Position numbers and translations under genes: made by a program. The notes beneath the pieces are model-generated. The model made no database searches. It was not told the DNA's origin and worked only from the letters and a program-made list of their open reading frames with translations. A DNA stretch of 64,000 nucleotides from Candidatus Omnitrophota bacterium (GTDB lineage Bacteria > Omnitrophota > Gorgyraeia > Gygaellales > Profunditerraquicolaceae): contig WOZK01000031.1 of the NCBI GenBank assembly GCA_011620275.1, positions 23,479-87,478 of the forward strand. Reading direction: 5' to 3'. Positions 18,501 through 28,411 of this stretch are shown here, one piece after another. Position 1 is the first letter of the stretch; each line of letters begins with the position of its first letter.

Positions 18501-19400
18501 TCAAAAAGCGCTTATTTCCTTGAAACATTTCATCCTGCCGCGGATATCCGCCAGGGTAAGCCTGCCGCTACGTTCCAGTCCGAACCCTTCCACGTTGAAA
18601 GAAGCACAGACCGTGCCGTAAACAACCGCTCTTTTAAACGCCTTCCTGTCCGTGCGCCCGCAGCCGGCGAGATACCCCATAAACCCTCCCGCGAAAGTGT
18701 CGCCCGCTCCGGTCGGGTCCACGACCTTATCCACCGGATAAGCCGGCAGGGAGAAAAAAAGATCCGGTCCGTAAAGCATGACCCCGTGCTCTCCCTTCTT
18801 TATGAGCACTATGCGCGGGCCCATGCGTTGCAGCCGCCTGGCCGCGCTGACAAGGTGCTCCTCCCCGGAAAGGTCGCGCGCTTCGCGGTCATTAGCCACG
18901 TAAATATCCACTTTCTTAAGCAGTCTTAACAGCGAGGCCCGCTTATTATGTATCCAGTAATTCATGCTGTCAAGGCCGACCAGCCGCGCCGAATGCATAC
19001 TCCCAAGTAGCTGTTTCTGGATATCCGGATCGACATTGGCGAGAAAGATGTTGCGGATGCCGCGCTGGCCGGCTCTTACCTTCGGGCTGAAGGCAGAGAG
19101 CACTCCCAGCTCGGTTTTGATGGTAAGCGCGGTGTTCATATCGCCTTTGTATTCTCCGCTCCACTTGAAGGTAACGCCGGCCGTCTTAATCAGGGAATCC
19201 AGGTTTATGCCTTTGCCGGAGAGAAAATCCAGATGCTGGGAAGGAAAGTCCTCGCCCACGGTAGCCACCAGATTGACGTGCGTGAAAAGCCTGGCGGACA
19301 TGGAAAAATGAACGGCGGAACCTCCCAGCATATAATGACGCCGGCCGTGCGGCGTTTTGACTGTATCTAAAGCCACTGTTCCCAGGACAAGTATGCTCAT
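18501..19400 (-). CDS. PfkB-family carbohydrate or nucleoside kinase
   Basis: The start was moved to the ATG at 19400, which overlaps the uppP stop as ATGA. The C-terminal DPTGAGDTFAGGFMGYLA is the PfkB signature 2. Confidence 0.7.
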   Translation of the reverse strand: MSILVLGTVALDTVKTPHGRRHYMLGGSAVHFSMSARLFTHVNLVATVGEDFPSQHLDFLSGKGINLDSLIKTAGVTFKWSGEYKGDMNTALTIKTELGVLSAFSPKVRAGQRGIRNIFLANVDPDIQKQLLGSMHSARLVGLDSMNYWIHNKRASLLRLLKKVDIYVANDREARDLSGEEHLVSAARRLQRMGPRIVLIKKGEHGVMLYGPDLFFSLPAYPVDKVVDPTGAGDTFAGGFMGYLAGCGRTDRKAFKRAVVYGTVCASFNVEGFGLERSGRLTLADIRGRMKCFKEISAF

Positions 19401-20149
19401 CTTAGAAAAATAAGAATTACCGCCGCCGCCAGCAGACAATAATACCCGAAATACGGCAATTTGGACCTTAAGATCAAACGTCTCAACAACGCAAGCGCGG
19501 CCAGACCGAAAATAAAACTGGCGAGAAATCCCGCCAGAGGCTCGCTCCATGATTCCACGCAAACCGCGGTAATCTCACGGGCGTCCAGCAGGGCTGCGCC
19601 GGCCACGGCCGGTATCCCGGAGATGAACGAGAATTTAAAACACGTCTCGCGTTCAATACCCCTGAAAAGAAGCGCGGAGATGGTGACGCCGGAACGGGAT
19701 ATCCCGGGCAGCACCGCTATCCCCTGCGCCGCTCCCATTAAAGCCGCGTCACCCAAAGAAATATCCTTCTTACCGGAAACGCGCAGCCTCCCCGTCAGGA
19801 TAAGCGCCGTTCCTGTGGCCAGCAGGGCCAAAGCCGCCGGCACGGTAGAGGAAAAGATTTTTTCAACAAAACCTTTGAGCAGGAAAGCGATGACGCCGGT
19901 GATCAGCGTGACCGCCACCACCAACAGGAATTGTCTCCTGTCCGAAAGCATCCGCAGGATATCACGGCGGAAATACAACACGGTCGCCAAAAGCGTCCCC
20001 AGATGCAAGACGATGGGGAAAACCAGTCCTCGCCCGTCTATGCCGAGAAGTTTTTGAAATATGACGAGGTGCGCGGAGCTGCTTACAGGAAAGAACTCAG
20101 TCATACCCTGCACCGCGCCGAGAAGAATATATTTTATCATGCCAGTCAT
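19397..20149 (-). CDS. uppP: Undecaprenyl-diphosphate phosphatase
   Basis: The N-terminus reads LGAVQGMTEFFPVSSSAHL. It has the multi-TM BacA/UppP architecture. Confidence 0.8.
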   Translation of the reverse strand: MTGMIKYILLGAVQGMTEFFPVSSSAHLVIFQKLLGIDGRGLVFPIVLHLGTLLATVLYFRRDILRMLSDRRQFLLVVAVTLITGVIAFLLKGFVEKIFSSTVPAALALLATGTALILTGRLRVSGKKDISLGDAALMGAAQGIAVLPGISRSGVTISALLFRGIERETCFKFSFISGIPAVAGAALLDAREITAVCVESWSEPLAGFLASFIFGLAALALLRRLILRSKLPYFGYYCLLAAAVILIFLR

Positions 20150-20178
20150 TATATTAGAACGGAGGTATAAATCAATAT

Positions 20179-20850
20179 TTAGATCGACGCGCCGCTCGGC
20201 GGCGTGAATTGCCCCGGATCCACGCCGTGCTTCAGCAAAAAATTACACATATCGACAGGCAACGGGGCGGACAAAACGATGCCTCTTCCGGAATAAGGGT
20301 GCCTGAATTCCAACTGCCAGGCATGCAGCATCACTCTCTTTGCCCTCAGGATAAAATCTCTTCTGAAGACAAACCTGGCCTCGCCAACGATCGGATGACC
20401 GATTCCGGTAAAATGTATGCGCAACTGATTGGTCCGTCCGGTTTCCGGGGTCGCGCAGACCACGGAGAAAGCCGAACGCCGCAGCAGCACTACATAAGAA
20501 GTCGAAGCCGGTTTACCTTCTATCGGACTGCGGATAGTCCTTTTCCCTTCCGCCGGGCTGCCGTGCAACACGGCCAGATACGTCTTCCCCACCGTCCTGC
20601 CGCGGAAAATATCCATCATTTTCTTTTGGGCAGACTTGCCCTTGGCATAAACTATCAAACCTGAGGTTTCGCGGTCGAGGCGGTGGCAAGGATGAAAACG
20701 CGGCAAACCGTCCTGATCCCGATTACGGGAGTTTAGAAGGAAAGTAAAATCTTTCTCCCTGTCTCCGGGAGCCGGTATGGTGAGTAGTCCGGGCGGTTTA
20801 TTGAAAACGGCCAGATGATCGTCCTCGTAGATCGCCGGGATATTATTCAT
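20179..20850 (-). CDS. RluA-family pseudouridine synthase
   Basis: The catalytic motif HRLDRETSGLIVYAKG is present. It has no N-terminal S4 domain. Confidence 0.75.
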   Translation of the reverse strand: MNNIPAIYEDDHLAVFNKPPGLLTIPAPGDREKDFTFLLNSRNRDQDGLPRFHPCHRLDRETSGLIVYAKGKSAQKKMMDIFRGRTVGKTYLAVLHGSPAEGKRTIRSPIEGKPASTSYVVLLRRSAFSVVCATPETGRTNQLRIHFTGIGHPIVGEARFVFRRDFILRAKRVMLHAWQLEFRHPYSGRGIVLSAPLPVDMCNFLLKHGVDPGQFTPPSGASI

Positions 20851-20857
20851 TTCCGGT

Positions 20858-21802
20858 TCAAAAGGTCTCCAGCATCCGTTCTATGGCCCTGCGGGCGCGG
20901 CTGCGTATCTCCTGCGGGACTTTCACCTCTCCGCGCAGGGTCTCCAGCGCCCAAAGCACTTTTTCCTGCGTAGTGCGTTTCATGTTGGGACACACCGCCG
21001 CCTCGGCCGCCGGATAGAATTCCTTGCCCGGATTGTCTTTCTTCAACCTGTAGATTATGCCGACTTCCGTCCCGACGATGAACTCGCGCGTGGAAGAAGA
21101 ACGAGCGTATTTGGACATCCCGCTGGTGGAAAGGGCGGCATCGGCGAGAGAAATAACGGAAGGCAGACATTCCGGATGCGCCAGGACGCGCGCTTCGGGA
21201 TGAAATTTTTTCTCTTTTTTTATGTCCTCCGGTCTTATCTTTATATGGGTCGGACAGAACCCGTCCCAGGCGATCAGCTTTATCCCGGTTTGGACGCTCA
21301 CGTAGGAAGCCAGATATTTATCGGGGACGAAGATTATTTGCGGCCGGCGGCCCTCTTTTTCCATCTTTTCCGCCACGGCCTTCACCACTCCGACGGCATT
21401 GGTAGAGGTACAGCAGATATCCAGCTCGGCCTTCACCGCGGCCGATGTATTGACGTATCCGACGCTGACAGCGCCGGGATGTTTCTCCTTCAATCCGCGC
21501 AATTCCTCCTTGGTGATCATCCCGGCCATCGGACAAGAGGCGGTTATGTCCGGCATTATCACCTTCTTCTCCGGAGACAGTACGGCGGCAGTTTCAGCCA
21601 TAAAATGCACGCCGCAGAAAATGATCACGTCGGCTTTCGTCCCGGAGGCGATACGGCTTAATTCCAGGGAATCTCCGGTGAAATCCGCTATATCCTGCAC
21701 CTCGGGGAGCTGGTAATTATGAGCCAGAATTACCGCGTTCCTTTTTTTCTTCAACTCCTGTATTTTTTTGCCGATGTTGTCCGCATTCCTTGCCGGTGAC
21801 AT
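20858..21802 (-). CDS. nadA: Quinolinate synthase A
   Basis: It is 314 aa with a full-length match to NadA, including the segment FCGVHFMAETAAVLSP. Conserved Cys ligands are present. Confidence 0.85.
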   Translation of the reverse strand: MSPARNADNIGKKIQELKKKRNAVILAHNYQLPEVQDIADFTGDSLELSRIASGTKADVIIFCGVHFMAETAAVLSPEKKVIMPDITASCPMAGMITKEELRGLKEKHPGAVSVGYVNTSAAVKAELDICCTSTNAVGVVKAVAEKMEKEGRRPQIIFVPDKYLASYVSVQTGIKLIAWDGFCPTHIKIRPEDIKKEKKFHPEARVLAHPECLPSVISLADAALSTSGMSKYARSSSTREFIVGTEVGIIYRLKKDNPGKEFYPAAEAAVCPNMKRTTQEKVLWALETLRGEVKVPQEIRSRARRAIERMLETF

Positions 21803-21803
21803 A

Positions 21804-22823
21804 TCAATCCAATACCTTTCTTATTATGCCTCCCCCGACAACTACATCTCCTCTGTAAATCACCGCCGATTGTCCTGGAGTAACCGCGAATTGGGGGAGA
21901 CGGAAAACAATTTTTAGCGTGTTGCCGGATGGCGTTATTTCGGCTGGCTGTTCCGTATGATTATACCGTATCTTCACGTTAAGGACAACCTTCTTTTTCA
22001 ACGGCTCGCGTGGAAAGCTCAGGTTGTTTACGATGAAAGCCGACGCCGAAACCTCCTGCCTCCCGCCCAGCACCACCCTGTTGCGCCGCGCGTCCACCTC
22101 TTTAACGTATAAAGGACGGCCGGAAGAAATACCCAGGCCCTGCCTTTGCCCGACGGTATAAAACGGCACTCCTTTATGACGCCCGAGAACTTTTCCCCCC
22201 GTATCGACGAATTCTCCGGGCAGGCAACCGAATCCCGGAACGGAGGCGAGGAAAGAACGGTAATCGCCGCCCGGGACAAAACATACGTCCTGGCTCTCCT
22301 TGCCGGAAGAAACGCTCAACCCCGCGGAGGAGACAAGCCGGCGCACTCCCTCCTTGGTATAACCGCCGAGCGGGAAAAGCGTGTTCTTGAGCGAATCCGG
22401 AGCAAGACTGTAGAGAAAATAACTCTGGTCTTTTTCTGAGTCGGCCGCTTTTTTTAGGCGGCCGTTTTCTATTTTCGCGTAATGCCCGGTGACGAAATAA
22501 TCCGGCCCAAGGGAAAGGGCCTTGACGCGCAGCAGTCCGAATTTGATGTAGCGGTTGCATCGCACGCAGGGATTGGGGGTCCGGCCCCTGGCGTATTCCG
22601 CGCAGAAGTTATCGATAACCTTGCGCTCGAACTCTTTTCCCAGACGGAATATCCGATGCTCTATGCCGATCTCTTCCGCCGCGCGCCTCGCCGCGCAGAT
22701 ATCCTCGTTCCCCGACAAAAGAGCGGTAATCCCAATTACCCGGAAACCGCGCGATTTAAGTAATAAAGCCGCTGCCGCGGAATCCACTCCCCCGCTTAAA
22801 GCGACCGCAGCCGTTTTTGACAT
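21804..22823 (-). CDS. mnmA: tRNA-specific 2-thiouridylase
   Basis: The PP-loop is ALSGGVDSAAAA. The catalytic Cys motif NPCVRCNRYIKFG is present. It is 339 aa. Confidence 0.85.
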   Translation of the reverse strand: MSKTAAVALSGGVDSAAAALLLKSRGFRVIGITALLSGNEDICAARRAAEEIGIEHRIFRLGKEFERKVIDNFCAEYARGRTPNPCVRCNRYIKFGLLRVKALSLGPDYFVTGHYAKIENGRLKKAADSEKDQSYFLYSLAPDSLKNTLFPLGGYTKEGVRRLVSSAGLSVSSGKESQDVCFVPGGDYRSFLASVPGFGCLPGEFVDTGGKVLGRHKGVPFYTVGQRQGLGISSGRPLYVKEVDARRNRVVLGGRQEVSASAFIVNNLSFPREPLKKKVVLNVKIRYNHTEQPAEITPSGNTLKIVFRLPQFAVTPGQSAVIYRGDVVVGGGIIRKVLD

Positions 22824-22837
22824 ATCGATAATAATGA

Positions 22838-22942
22838 AATCCCCCGGGCTTAAAACCCGTGGTAACCCTTAGATAAACCCGGGGCAAGCCCGCTCCGCAG
22901 CTATCCTCGGATTGAACAACCGGGGATTTCTACGGTTTAAGT
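22838..22942. repeat. Intergenic repeat family, copy A (CCCGGG-core motifs upstream of mnmA)
   Basis: The proximal part reads AAACCCGTGGTAACCCTTAGATAAACCCGGGG. The distal part reads AACAACCGGGGATTTCTACGGTTTAAG. See the findings. Confidence 0.5.
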
Positions 22943-22960
22943 AAACAGCGCGTTTGCCCA

Positions 22961-23722
22961 TTATATGCTGTAGCCGGTAAGTAAAAGGGTGTACCCGGCA
23001 GAAGACGTCCCTTTCAACTTTAAAGGTATCCTTTTTTCGTCCGCGGAGATCCATATCTCGAATTTCCGCGGTTCGCTCGTAAAATGGTAAGCCTTGAAAG
23101 TGCCGGCCGGGACCTTTACTTCTTCTATGGAATCCAGAGAAACGATGAAACTCTGCGTCGGGAGCTGAACGCGCATCCTCCATCCTTCTTTAAGACCGGG
23201 GATTGTCCTGACATAATAAGGCAGCAATACGGCGTTATGTATAGCCCTATCTTTCTTGATGACCTGTACGCTTCTGCTTTTCCCCTCTTCCCTTGTTATC
23301 TTAATAGAAAAGGCCGTCTGGTCATACTCTTCGGTTATCCTCTCTTTCTTCGGCCAGAAATCTATTATCCTTTCCACGCGCACCGGCAACAGGCTGCCGG
23401 GGAGACAATAAATAAGCTCATTATCCCTGAAACGGGCCAGTACAGTGCGGAAATTCACGACATGAACGGCGGTGCCGTTCAGTTCGGTAATATCCCTGTG
23501 CTCAAATTCAGCAGTCCCCACCGATAGTATGCCGAGTTTTACCTGATACAGGACCTTCTCCCCCACGTATTTTTTTATCGGGTCTTCCTGCGCAGGAGAA
23601 AATGCGGCGGTCTTTCCACCGCGGCCCGAGGGCCGGAAAACAACGGTTTTAAAAAACCAGCCCGCCGCCGCGGCGGCGAGAATTAAGCATAATATAATCC
23701 TGTATCGTGGCACCCGTATCAT
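22961..23722 (-). CDS. Hypothetical membrane-anchored or secreted protein (DUF3108-like)
   Basis: It has an N-terminal signal/anchor, IILCLILAAAAAGWFF. It is beta-rich and has no catalytic motifs. Confidence 0.4.
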   Translation of the reverse strand: MIRVPRYRIILCLILAAAAAGWFFKTVVFRPSGRGGKTAAFSPAQEDPIKKYVGEKVLYQVKLGILSVGTAEFEHRDITELNGTAVHVVNFRTVLARFRDNELIYCLPGSLLPVRVERIIDFWPKKERITEEYDQTAFSIKITREEGKSRSVQVIKKDRAIHNAVLLPYYVRTIPGLKEGWRMRVQLPTQSFIVSLDSIEEVKVPAGTFKAYHFTSEPRKFEIWISADEKRIPLKLKGTSSAGYTLLLTGYSI

Positions 23723-23768
23723 TTATCGTCTCGTTATCCCGGGAGGCCGAATAGGGCCCACCCAAGCT

Positions 23769-23866
23769 TTAAACCCGGGGTAATCCTTAGATAAAATAAG
23801 GACAAAACCACTCCGCGTATCCAAGGTTAATCCGGATTGAAAACCGGGGATTCCTGCGGTTTGATT
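23769..23866. repeat. Intergenic repeat family, copy B
   Basis: The proximal part reads TTTAAACCCGGGGTAATCCTTAGATAAAA. The distal part, GAAAACCGGGGATTCCTGCGGTTTGATT, is identical to copy D. Confidence 0.5.
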
Positions 23867-24839
23867 AACCGCGCTGCGGGAGTCCGCAATGTATCACATC
23901 CCCTGCCATTACTTTTTCCGTCAAGCCGGAATCATTCCTGACCAGCAGACCGCCGTCATCTTCTATATCTACCGCCTCGCCCTCGATACCCCCCCTGGGC
24001 AGGATTACTTTGACTCTTTTTCCCAGTGTGGAATTAAGCCCGCGCCATTTACCGATTATCAAAGCGTACTCACCGCGGCAGAATTCTTTATAATAGTTTT
24101 CCAGCCTGAAAAAGATCTCCTGAAGCAGGGCAACGCGGTCCACCTTCATCCTCGCCGCTTCAGCTATCGAGGCCGTGCCCGGAAGTAACTCGGCAGTTTC
24201 GTTGTTCACGTTCAAACCCACGCCGACCACCACGTAAGGCGCGCCGCCGGCACCGCTGCCGGCCTCGGTAAGAATACCCCCCGCCTTCCGGGCGTCCAGC
24301 AGGATATCGTTGGGCCATTTTATCCCGGTAACGACACCGGAAATGCTATGCACGGCTTCCGCAACGGCTACCGCCGCCAGCAAAGTAAGAAGGGAAAAAC
24401 GCCCCGTTGAAGAGGGGGGACGAAGCAGCAGGGAAAAATATATACCTTTCCCTGCAGGAGAGAACCAGTTCCTGCCGGCCCTGCCGCGGCCTGCGGACTG
24501 ACTCTCGGCGACGACCGCCGTCCCTTCCTGCGCGCCTTCGGCAGCCAGGCGTGCCGCGTCGTCCATGGTCGAAACGGTCTTGTCTAAATAAACTATGCGC
24601 CTGCCGATCTTGACCGTCGCGAGGTTCTTCTCTATCTCAGCCGGCATCAGACAATCCGGAATAAAAGTCATCTTATAGCCCAGATGCGGCACGGTTTCTA
24701 TCACGTAACCGTTGTCGCGCAGTCTACGCATCTCTTCCCACAACTTCTCCGCGCTGATTCCGAGCGCGAAGGTTAACTCCTCCTCCTGCATGAATCGCTC
24801 GCTCTCTTTAAGCAATGTGATTATCTTATCTCGGGGCAT
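23865..24839 (-). CDS. birA: Bifunctional biotin-protein ligase and biotin operon repressor (class II BirA)
   Basis: The start was moved to the internal ATG at 24839, giving the N-terminal wHTH MPRDKIITLLKESERFMQEEELTFALGIS. The ligase signature GRGRAGRNWFSP is present. The ORF-track extension begins with TTG. Confidence 0.75.
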   Translation of the reverse strand: MPRDKIITLLKESERFMQEEELTFALGISAEKLWEEMRRLRDNGYVIETVPHLGYKMTFIPDCLMPAEIEKNLATVKIGRRIVYLDKTVSTMDDAARLAAEGAQEGTAVVAESQSAGRGRAGRNWFSPAGKGIYFSLLLRPPSSTGRFSLLTLLAAVAVAEAVHSISGVVTGIKWPNDILLDARKAGGILTEAGSGAGGAPYVVVGVGLNVNNETAELLPGTASIAEAARMKVDRVALLQEIFFRLENYYKEFCRGEYALIIGKWRGLNSTLGKRVKVILPRGGIEGEAVDIEDDGGLLVRNDSGLTEKVMAGDVIHCGLPQRG

Positions 24840-24865
24840 TGTTTTGTTTCCGCAGGTTATAAAAC

Positions 24866-24952
24866 TCCCCGGGCAATCCTGAGATAAACCCTGGTAGTGA
24901 GCTGTCCAACTACTCAAAACAGGCGGCCCGGGGTAATCCTTGGCTATTCGGC
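24866..24952. repeat. Intergenic repeat family, copy C (two proximal-type units)
   Basis: It contains two proximal-type units: AATCCTGAGATAAACCCTGG and GGCCCGGGGTAATCCTTGG. Confidence 0.45.
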
Positions 24953-25046
24953 TGTCCGATCCTGTTGAAGGGACATTCAGTAATGCAAATCAGAGTCTGA
25001 AACCGGTCAATAATATCCGCCCGGCATTCAGGATCATGCGCCGCCG

Positions 25047-25454
25047 TTAAAAACGCACTTCCATCGCCTTGAACGGACAAATGCGCACACAGACCCCGCA
25101 GGCGATACATTTATCTTCGGAGAAAACGATCTCCCTGCTCTCCTTGTCCGGCAGTAAAGCCCCCGCCGGACAAAGAGGCACGCAGACACCGCAATCGGTG
25201 CATTTTTTCTCGTTTCTTACCACGTCCTGGCTCAAAGGCTGTATCTTCACCCCGCAGGACTTCAGATAATGCAACCCCTTCTCGAAAGCCGGCTCTTCAC
25301 CGCTCAACTCCAGCACCATCAGCCCTTCCTCATCCGGGGTCACGTAAGCCTTCAAGATGTTGAAATTAAGTTCGTAATCCTTGACCAGCTTGAAAACTAT
25401 CGGCTGTTCGACCAGTTTACGGGGGAAATGTAAAACCACTTTTCTGGAGATCAT
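25047..25454 (-). CDS. NIL-domain ferredoxin with 2x[4Fe-4S] (MA1822-type)
   Basis: The N-terminal NIL domain is LVKDYELNFNILKAYVTPDEEGLMVLEL. Two ferredoxin motifs follow: CTDCGVCVPLCP and CIACGVCVRICP. Confidence 0.75.
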   Translation of the reverse strand: MISRKVVLHFPRKLVEQPIVFKLVKDYELNFNILKAYVTPDEEGLMVLELSGEEPAFEKGLHYLKSCGVKIQPLSQDVVRNEKKCTDCGVCVPLCPAGALLPDKESREIVFSEDKCIACGVCVRICPFKAMEVRF

Positions 25455-25470
25455 CTTTCCGCTCCTTGCC

Positions 25471-26679
25471 TTACTCCTTTTTGTAAAGCCTCTCGTTGAG
25501 AGGTTTCACCTTGTAGCCGCTCTCGGCCCCCGGCAGCGCCGCAGAAGGCTCGGTGAGAAAGAATTCTCCTTCCTCGATCCTGGTCTTCAACAGCACGGCT
25601 ATCTTGCGCGCGCGCGCATAGCTGGAAAGGCTGCCTGTGGGAACGGTCTTACCGCGTAGTTTGATGTTCCCGGAACGCAACTCCGCGTAACTTACTTCAG
25701 CGATGATGCGGGATGACCTTTGCGGATAATCGCGGCCGTAATCTACCACCGGAGCGTATATCTCGGCATCGGTAACCGCCGCCCGCCTAACCACTTCCTC
25801 ATCAAAAACGGGGATGGGCACGCCGATGCCTATGGAAAGCGTCACCCCGTAACCCGCCATACTCGTGCCGACCAGCCATTCCGGGCTCATCTGTTTCAGG
25901 TCGCCGATAACCGCAAGCGTACCCGCGCCTCCCAGAGGGATCCCGTTCCTGCCGCGTTCGACGCAGGGGTTGTGCTGCGTCCCGTGCCAGGCTATGTAAC
26001 CGATCCCGCCTCCGAGAAAAATACGGGTGCCTATGCCTATGGTTCGGTAATAGGGGTCTTTCAGCAGAGGCGAAAGCTGCCCGGCGGAAGAATAATTGGC
26101 GTTGCCGAGCCGCGGTTTAAGCATCCCCATATAGGTAAAAACGGTCTTGCCGGAGAGGTTGACTGCAACATTATAATTCTGATAACAATTGCGCATATTG
26201 AAGAGAACCGCCTCGTTTAAATCCCTGATGTTAAGCAGTGTCTCCAATTTTCTCCGGGGATAGCAGTCGGTACCGTAAGCGCTGCATTCCAGACGGACGT
26301 CTTTGCCCGCTGCCAATTCCTGTATCACGTGCCCGCCGCCGTATTTGAATTCCCCGGGAAAAATCTTATTGCGGGGATCATCGTCCGGCACGGCGGTAGC
26401 CCCGAGGAAAACGTCCACGGCGCCAAAAGCGGCATAAACCGGCACGTCATTGACCGTGCAGCTGCCGCCCCCCAGCTTGATCCTCGGCTTGGAGTGACCG
26501 ATATTGAAATAAACCCCGCTGGAACACATGGGTCCGAAAGTGGCGGTGGTGACCACGTCCACCTCCCTGGCGACCTTCCTGACGCCTTTCTTAGCCACCA
26601 GGTCTATTATCTCCTCGGCAGTGACCACCACGGCGTCTCCCCTGCCGATCTTAGCGTTGATCTCTTTGATAGTCTTCAT
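25471..26679 (-). CDS. COG1900/DUF39 sulfur-incorporating homocysteine biosynthesis protein (MA1821-type)
   Basis: It is 402 aa and begins MKTIKEINAKIGRGDAVVVTAEEI, as in archaeal COG1900 proteins. It is followed 16 bp later by the NIL-ferredoxin, a known gene pairing. Confidence 0.65.
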   Translation of the reverse strand: MKTIKEINAKIGRGDAVVVTAEEIIDLVAKKGVRKVAREVDVVTTATFGPMCSSGVYFNIGHSKPRIKLGGGSCTVNDVPVYAAFGAVDVFLGATAVPDDDPRNKIFPGEFKYGGGHVIQELAAGKDVRLECSAYGTDCYPRRKLETLLNIRDLNEAVLFNMRNCYQNYNVAVNLSGKTVFTYMGMLKPRLGNANYSSAGQLSPLLKDPYYRTIGIGTRIFLGGGIGYIAWHGTQHNPCVERGRNGIPLGGAGTLAVIGDLKQMSPEWLVGTSMAGYGVTLSIGIGVPIPVFDEEVVRRAAVTDAEIYAPVVDYGRDYPQRSSRIIAEVSYAELRSGNIKLRGKTVPTGSLSSYARARKIAVLLKTRIEEGEFFLTEPSAALPGAESGYKVKPLNERLYKKE

Positions 26680-26699
26680 TTCCCCTCACTTTGGCCCGT

Positions 26700-26921
26700 T
26701 CAAACCGAGACCACCTCTTTTACTTCCGGTACTTCCTTTTTCAGGATGCGCTCTATGCCCATTTTAAGTGTAAACTGGCTCATAGCGCAGCATCCGCAGC
26801 TGCCGGTGAGTTTCACTTTCACCACTCCGTCTTCTCCGACATCCACCAGATCCACGCTCCCGCCGTCTGCCGCCAGCATCGGCCTGATCTTTTCCAGCAC
26901 TGCCTCAACCTTTTCTCTCAT
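26700..26921 (-). CDS. NifU-like (Nfu C-terminal domain) Fe-S cluster carrier
   Basis: It is 73 aa. The motif LTGSCGCCAMSQFTL matches the Nfu CxxC scaffold motif. Confidence 0.7.
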   Translation of the reverse strand: MREKVEAVLEKIRPMLAADGGSVDLVDVGEDGVVKVKLTGSCGCCAMSQFTLKMGIERILKKEVPEVKEVVSV

Positions 26922-26997
26922 CTAATCCTCCCGTCTGCCGTACTCCATTGACGTGCGATCTTGTTTTGAACGGCCTTGCCCGGTCCGCGAAGATGCG

Positions 26998-27897
26998 TCA
27001 GGACAAATATCTCTCCCCCGTATCCGGAAGGACCGTAACTACCGTCTTTCCCCTGCCGAGCTTCTCAGCCGCCCTCAACGCGGCCCATACCGCGGCCCCC
27101 GCGGAAATCCCGGCAAAGATGCCTTCGCGCGCAGACAATTCAAGACGGCAGGACAAAGCGGCCTCGTCGGTAACCGTAATTACTTCGTCTATCAAAGAGA
27201 CATCCAGCACAGGAGGAATAAACCCCGCTCCTATACCCTGTATCTTATGCGCCCCGGCTTTACCTCCGGAAAGAACCGGGCTGGCCGCGGGTTCGACCGC
27301 GATAACCTTCACGCGGGGGTTCTTCGCCTTCAACGCCGCGCCGACGCCTGTCAACGTCCCGCCTGTGCCGACCCCGCAGACAAAGGCGTCGATCCTTCCT
27401 GGGGTATCGCGCAATATCTCCACCGCCGTTGTCCTGCGGTGGGCTTCGGGATTGGCCGGGTTGCTGAACTGCCTGATGGAATAACCTTTCTTGACGGAAC
27501 GGCCTATTTCCCCGGCTTTATCGATCGCGGCGCGCATGCCGCCGGCGACGGGCGTGAGCACGACTTCCGCCCCGTAACTGCCCAGTATTTCGCAACGCTG
27601 ACGGCTCATATTTTCCGGCATGACTATAATACATTTGTAGCCGCGCAAGGCGGAAAGCATAGCGAGACCTATCCCGGTATTGCCGCTGGTAGGCTCGATT
27701 ATGGTATAGCCCGGTTTCAGCTGCCCGCTGCGCTCCGCTTCATTGACAATATTGAGGCAAATGCGGTCTTTTATACTGCCTCCGGGGTTTCCCCCTTCTA
27801 TCTTTACGAAGACGTTCGCGCCGCGCCGCTCGGGTAGCGAATTCAATTTTACCAGGGGAGTATTCCCAATCAGGGCAGAAACATCTTTAGTGAACAT
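26998..27897 (-). CDS. cysK: Cysteine synthase (O-acetylserine sulfhydrylase), PLP-dependent
   Basis: The motifs GNTPLVKLN, the PLP-Lys region, IEPTSGNTGIGLAM and GVGTGGTLTG are present. It is 299 aa. Confidence 0.8.
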   Translation of the reverse strand: MFTKDVSALIGNTPLVKLNSLPERRGANVFVKIEGGNPGGSIKDRICLNIVNEAERSGQLKPGYTIIEPTSGNTGIGLAMLSALRGYKCIIVMPENMSRQRCEILGSYGAEVVLTPVAGGMRAAIDKAGEIGRSVKKGYSIRQFSNPANPEAHRRTTAVEILRDTPGRIDAFVCGVGTGGTLTGVGAALKAKNPRVKVIAVEPAASPVLSGGKAGAHKIQGIGAGFIPPVLDVSLIDEVITVTDEAALSCRLELSAREGIFAGISAGAAVWAALRAAEKLGRGKTVVTVLPDTGERYLS

Positions 27898-27906
27898 CGG
27901 CGTATT

Positions 27907-28356
27907 TTATATCTGATAGACCATCTGTTCTTTATCTTTACGGTTGAGACTCTCCAGCAGGTCGGAAAAGGTGACGCCGTCGATTATGCGCATAGTGGCG
28001 GCGGAGACCCTCTGCCAGACGTCCCGGAAAACGCACTTATATATATCCCGGCACCCTTTATATCCGTCCTCAACGCAGGCGATCGGCTCAACCGGAGAAG
28101 CGATGAAACGCACAACCTGCCCCAGGGATATCTTCGACGGCGGCCTTGCGAGGAGATAACCTCCTACTTTGCCCCGGCGGCTCTCGACAAAACCGCCTTT
28201 TTTCAATTCCAGCAGCACTTGCTCAAGAAACTTGATGGGAATATCCAGCCGGCCGGCCATGTGCTGGATCCTCACCGGAACCGGCTTGTCATAATAGTGG
28301 ATCGCCAGATCAAGTATGGCTTTAAGCGCGTAATCGCCTTTATATGTTATTCTCAT
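27907..28356 (-). CDS. Rrf2-family transcriptional regulator (IscR/CymR-like, three Cys)
   Basis: The start was moved to the ATG at 28356. The N-terminal HTH begins MRITYKGDYALKAILDLA. The conserved motifs GYLLARPP and CxxxxxC...C (CVEDGYKGC...C) are present. Confidence 0.75.
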   Translation of the reverse strand: MRITYKGDYALKAILDLAIHYYDKPVPVRIQHMAGRLDIPIKFLEQVLLELKKGGFVESRRGKVGGYLLARPPSKISLGQVVRFIASPVEPIACVEDGYKGCRDIYKCVFRDVWQRVSAATMRIIDGVTFSDLLESLNRKDKEQMVYQI

Positions 28357-28359
28357 GGC

Positions 28360-28376
28360 TATAATCCTGATTATAA
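28360..28376. promoter_or_regulatory. AT-rich palindrome TATAATCCTGATTATA between the -10 element and the Rrf2 start codon (candidate Rrf2 operator)
   Basis: It has 6-bp inverted arms. Its position over the transcription start and RBS region is typical of autoregulatory Rrf2 sites. Confidence 0.35.
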
Positions 28377-28382
28377 TAGTAG

Positions 28383-28411
28383 AGTATACCAAAATAATGC
28401 CTTTTTGTCAA
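28383..28411 (-). promoter_or_regulatory. Sigma70-type promoter of the Rrf2-sulfur operon (TTGACA, 17-nt spacer, TATACT)
   Basis: The minus-strand sense reads TTGACAaaaaggcattattttggTATACT. The -35 element lies inside an 8-bp inverted repeat, AATGCCTT / AAGGCATT (28395-28426). Confidence 0.45.
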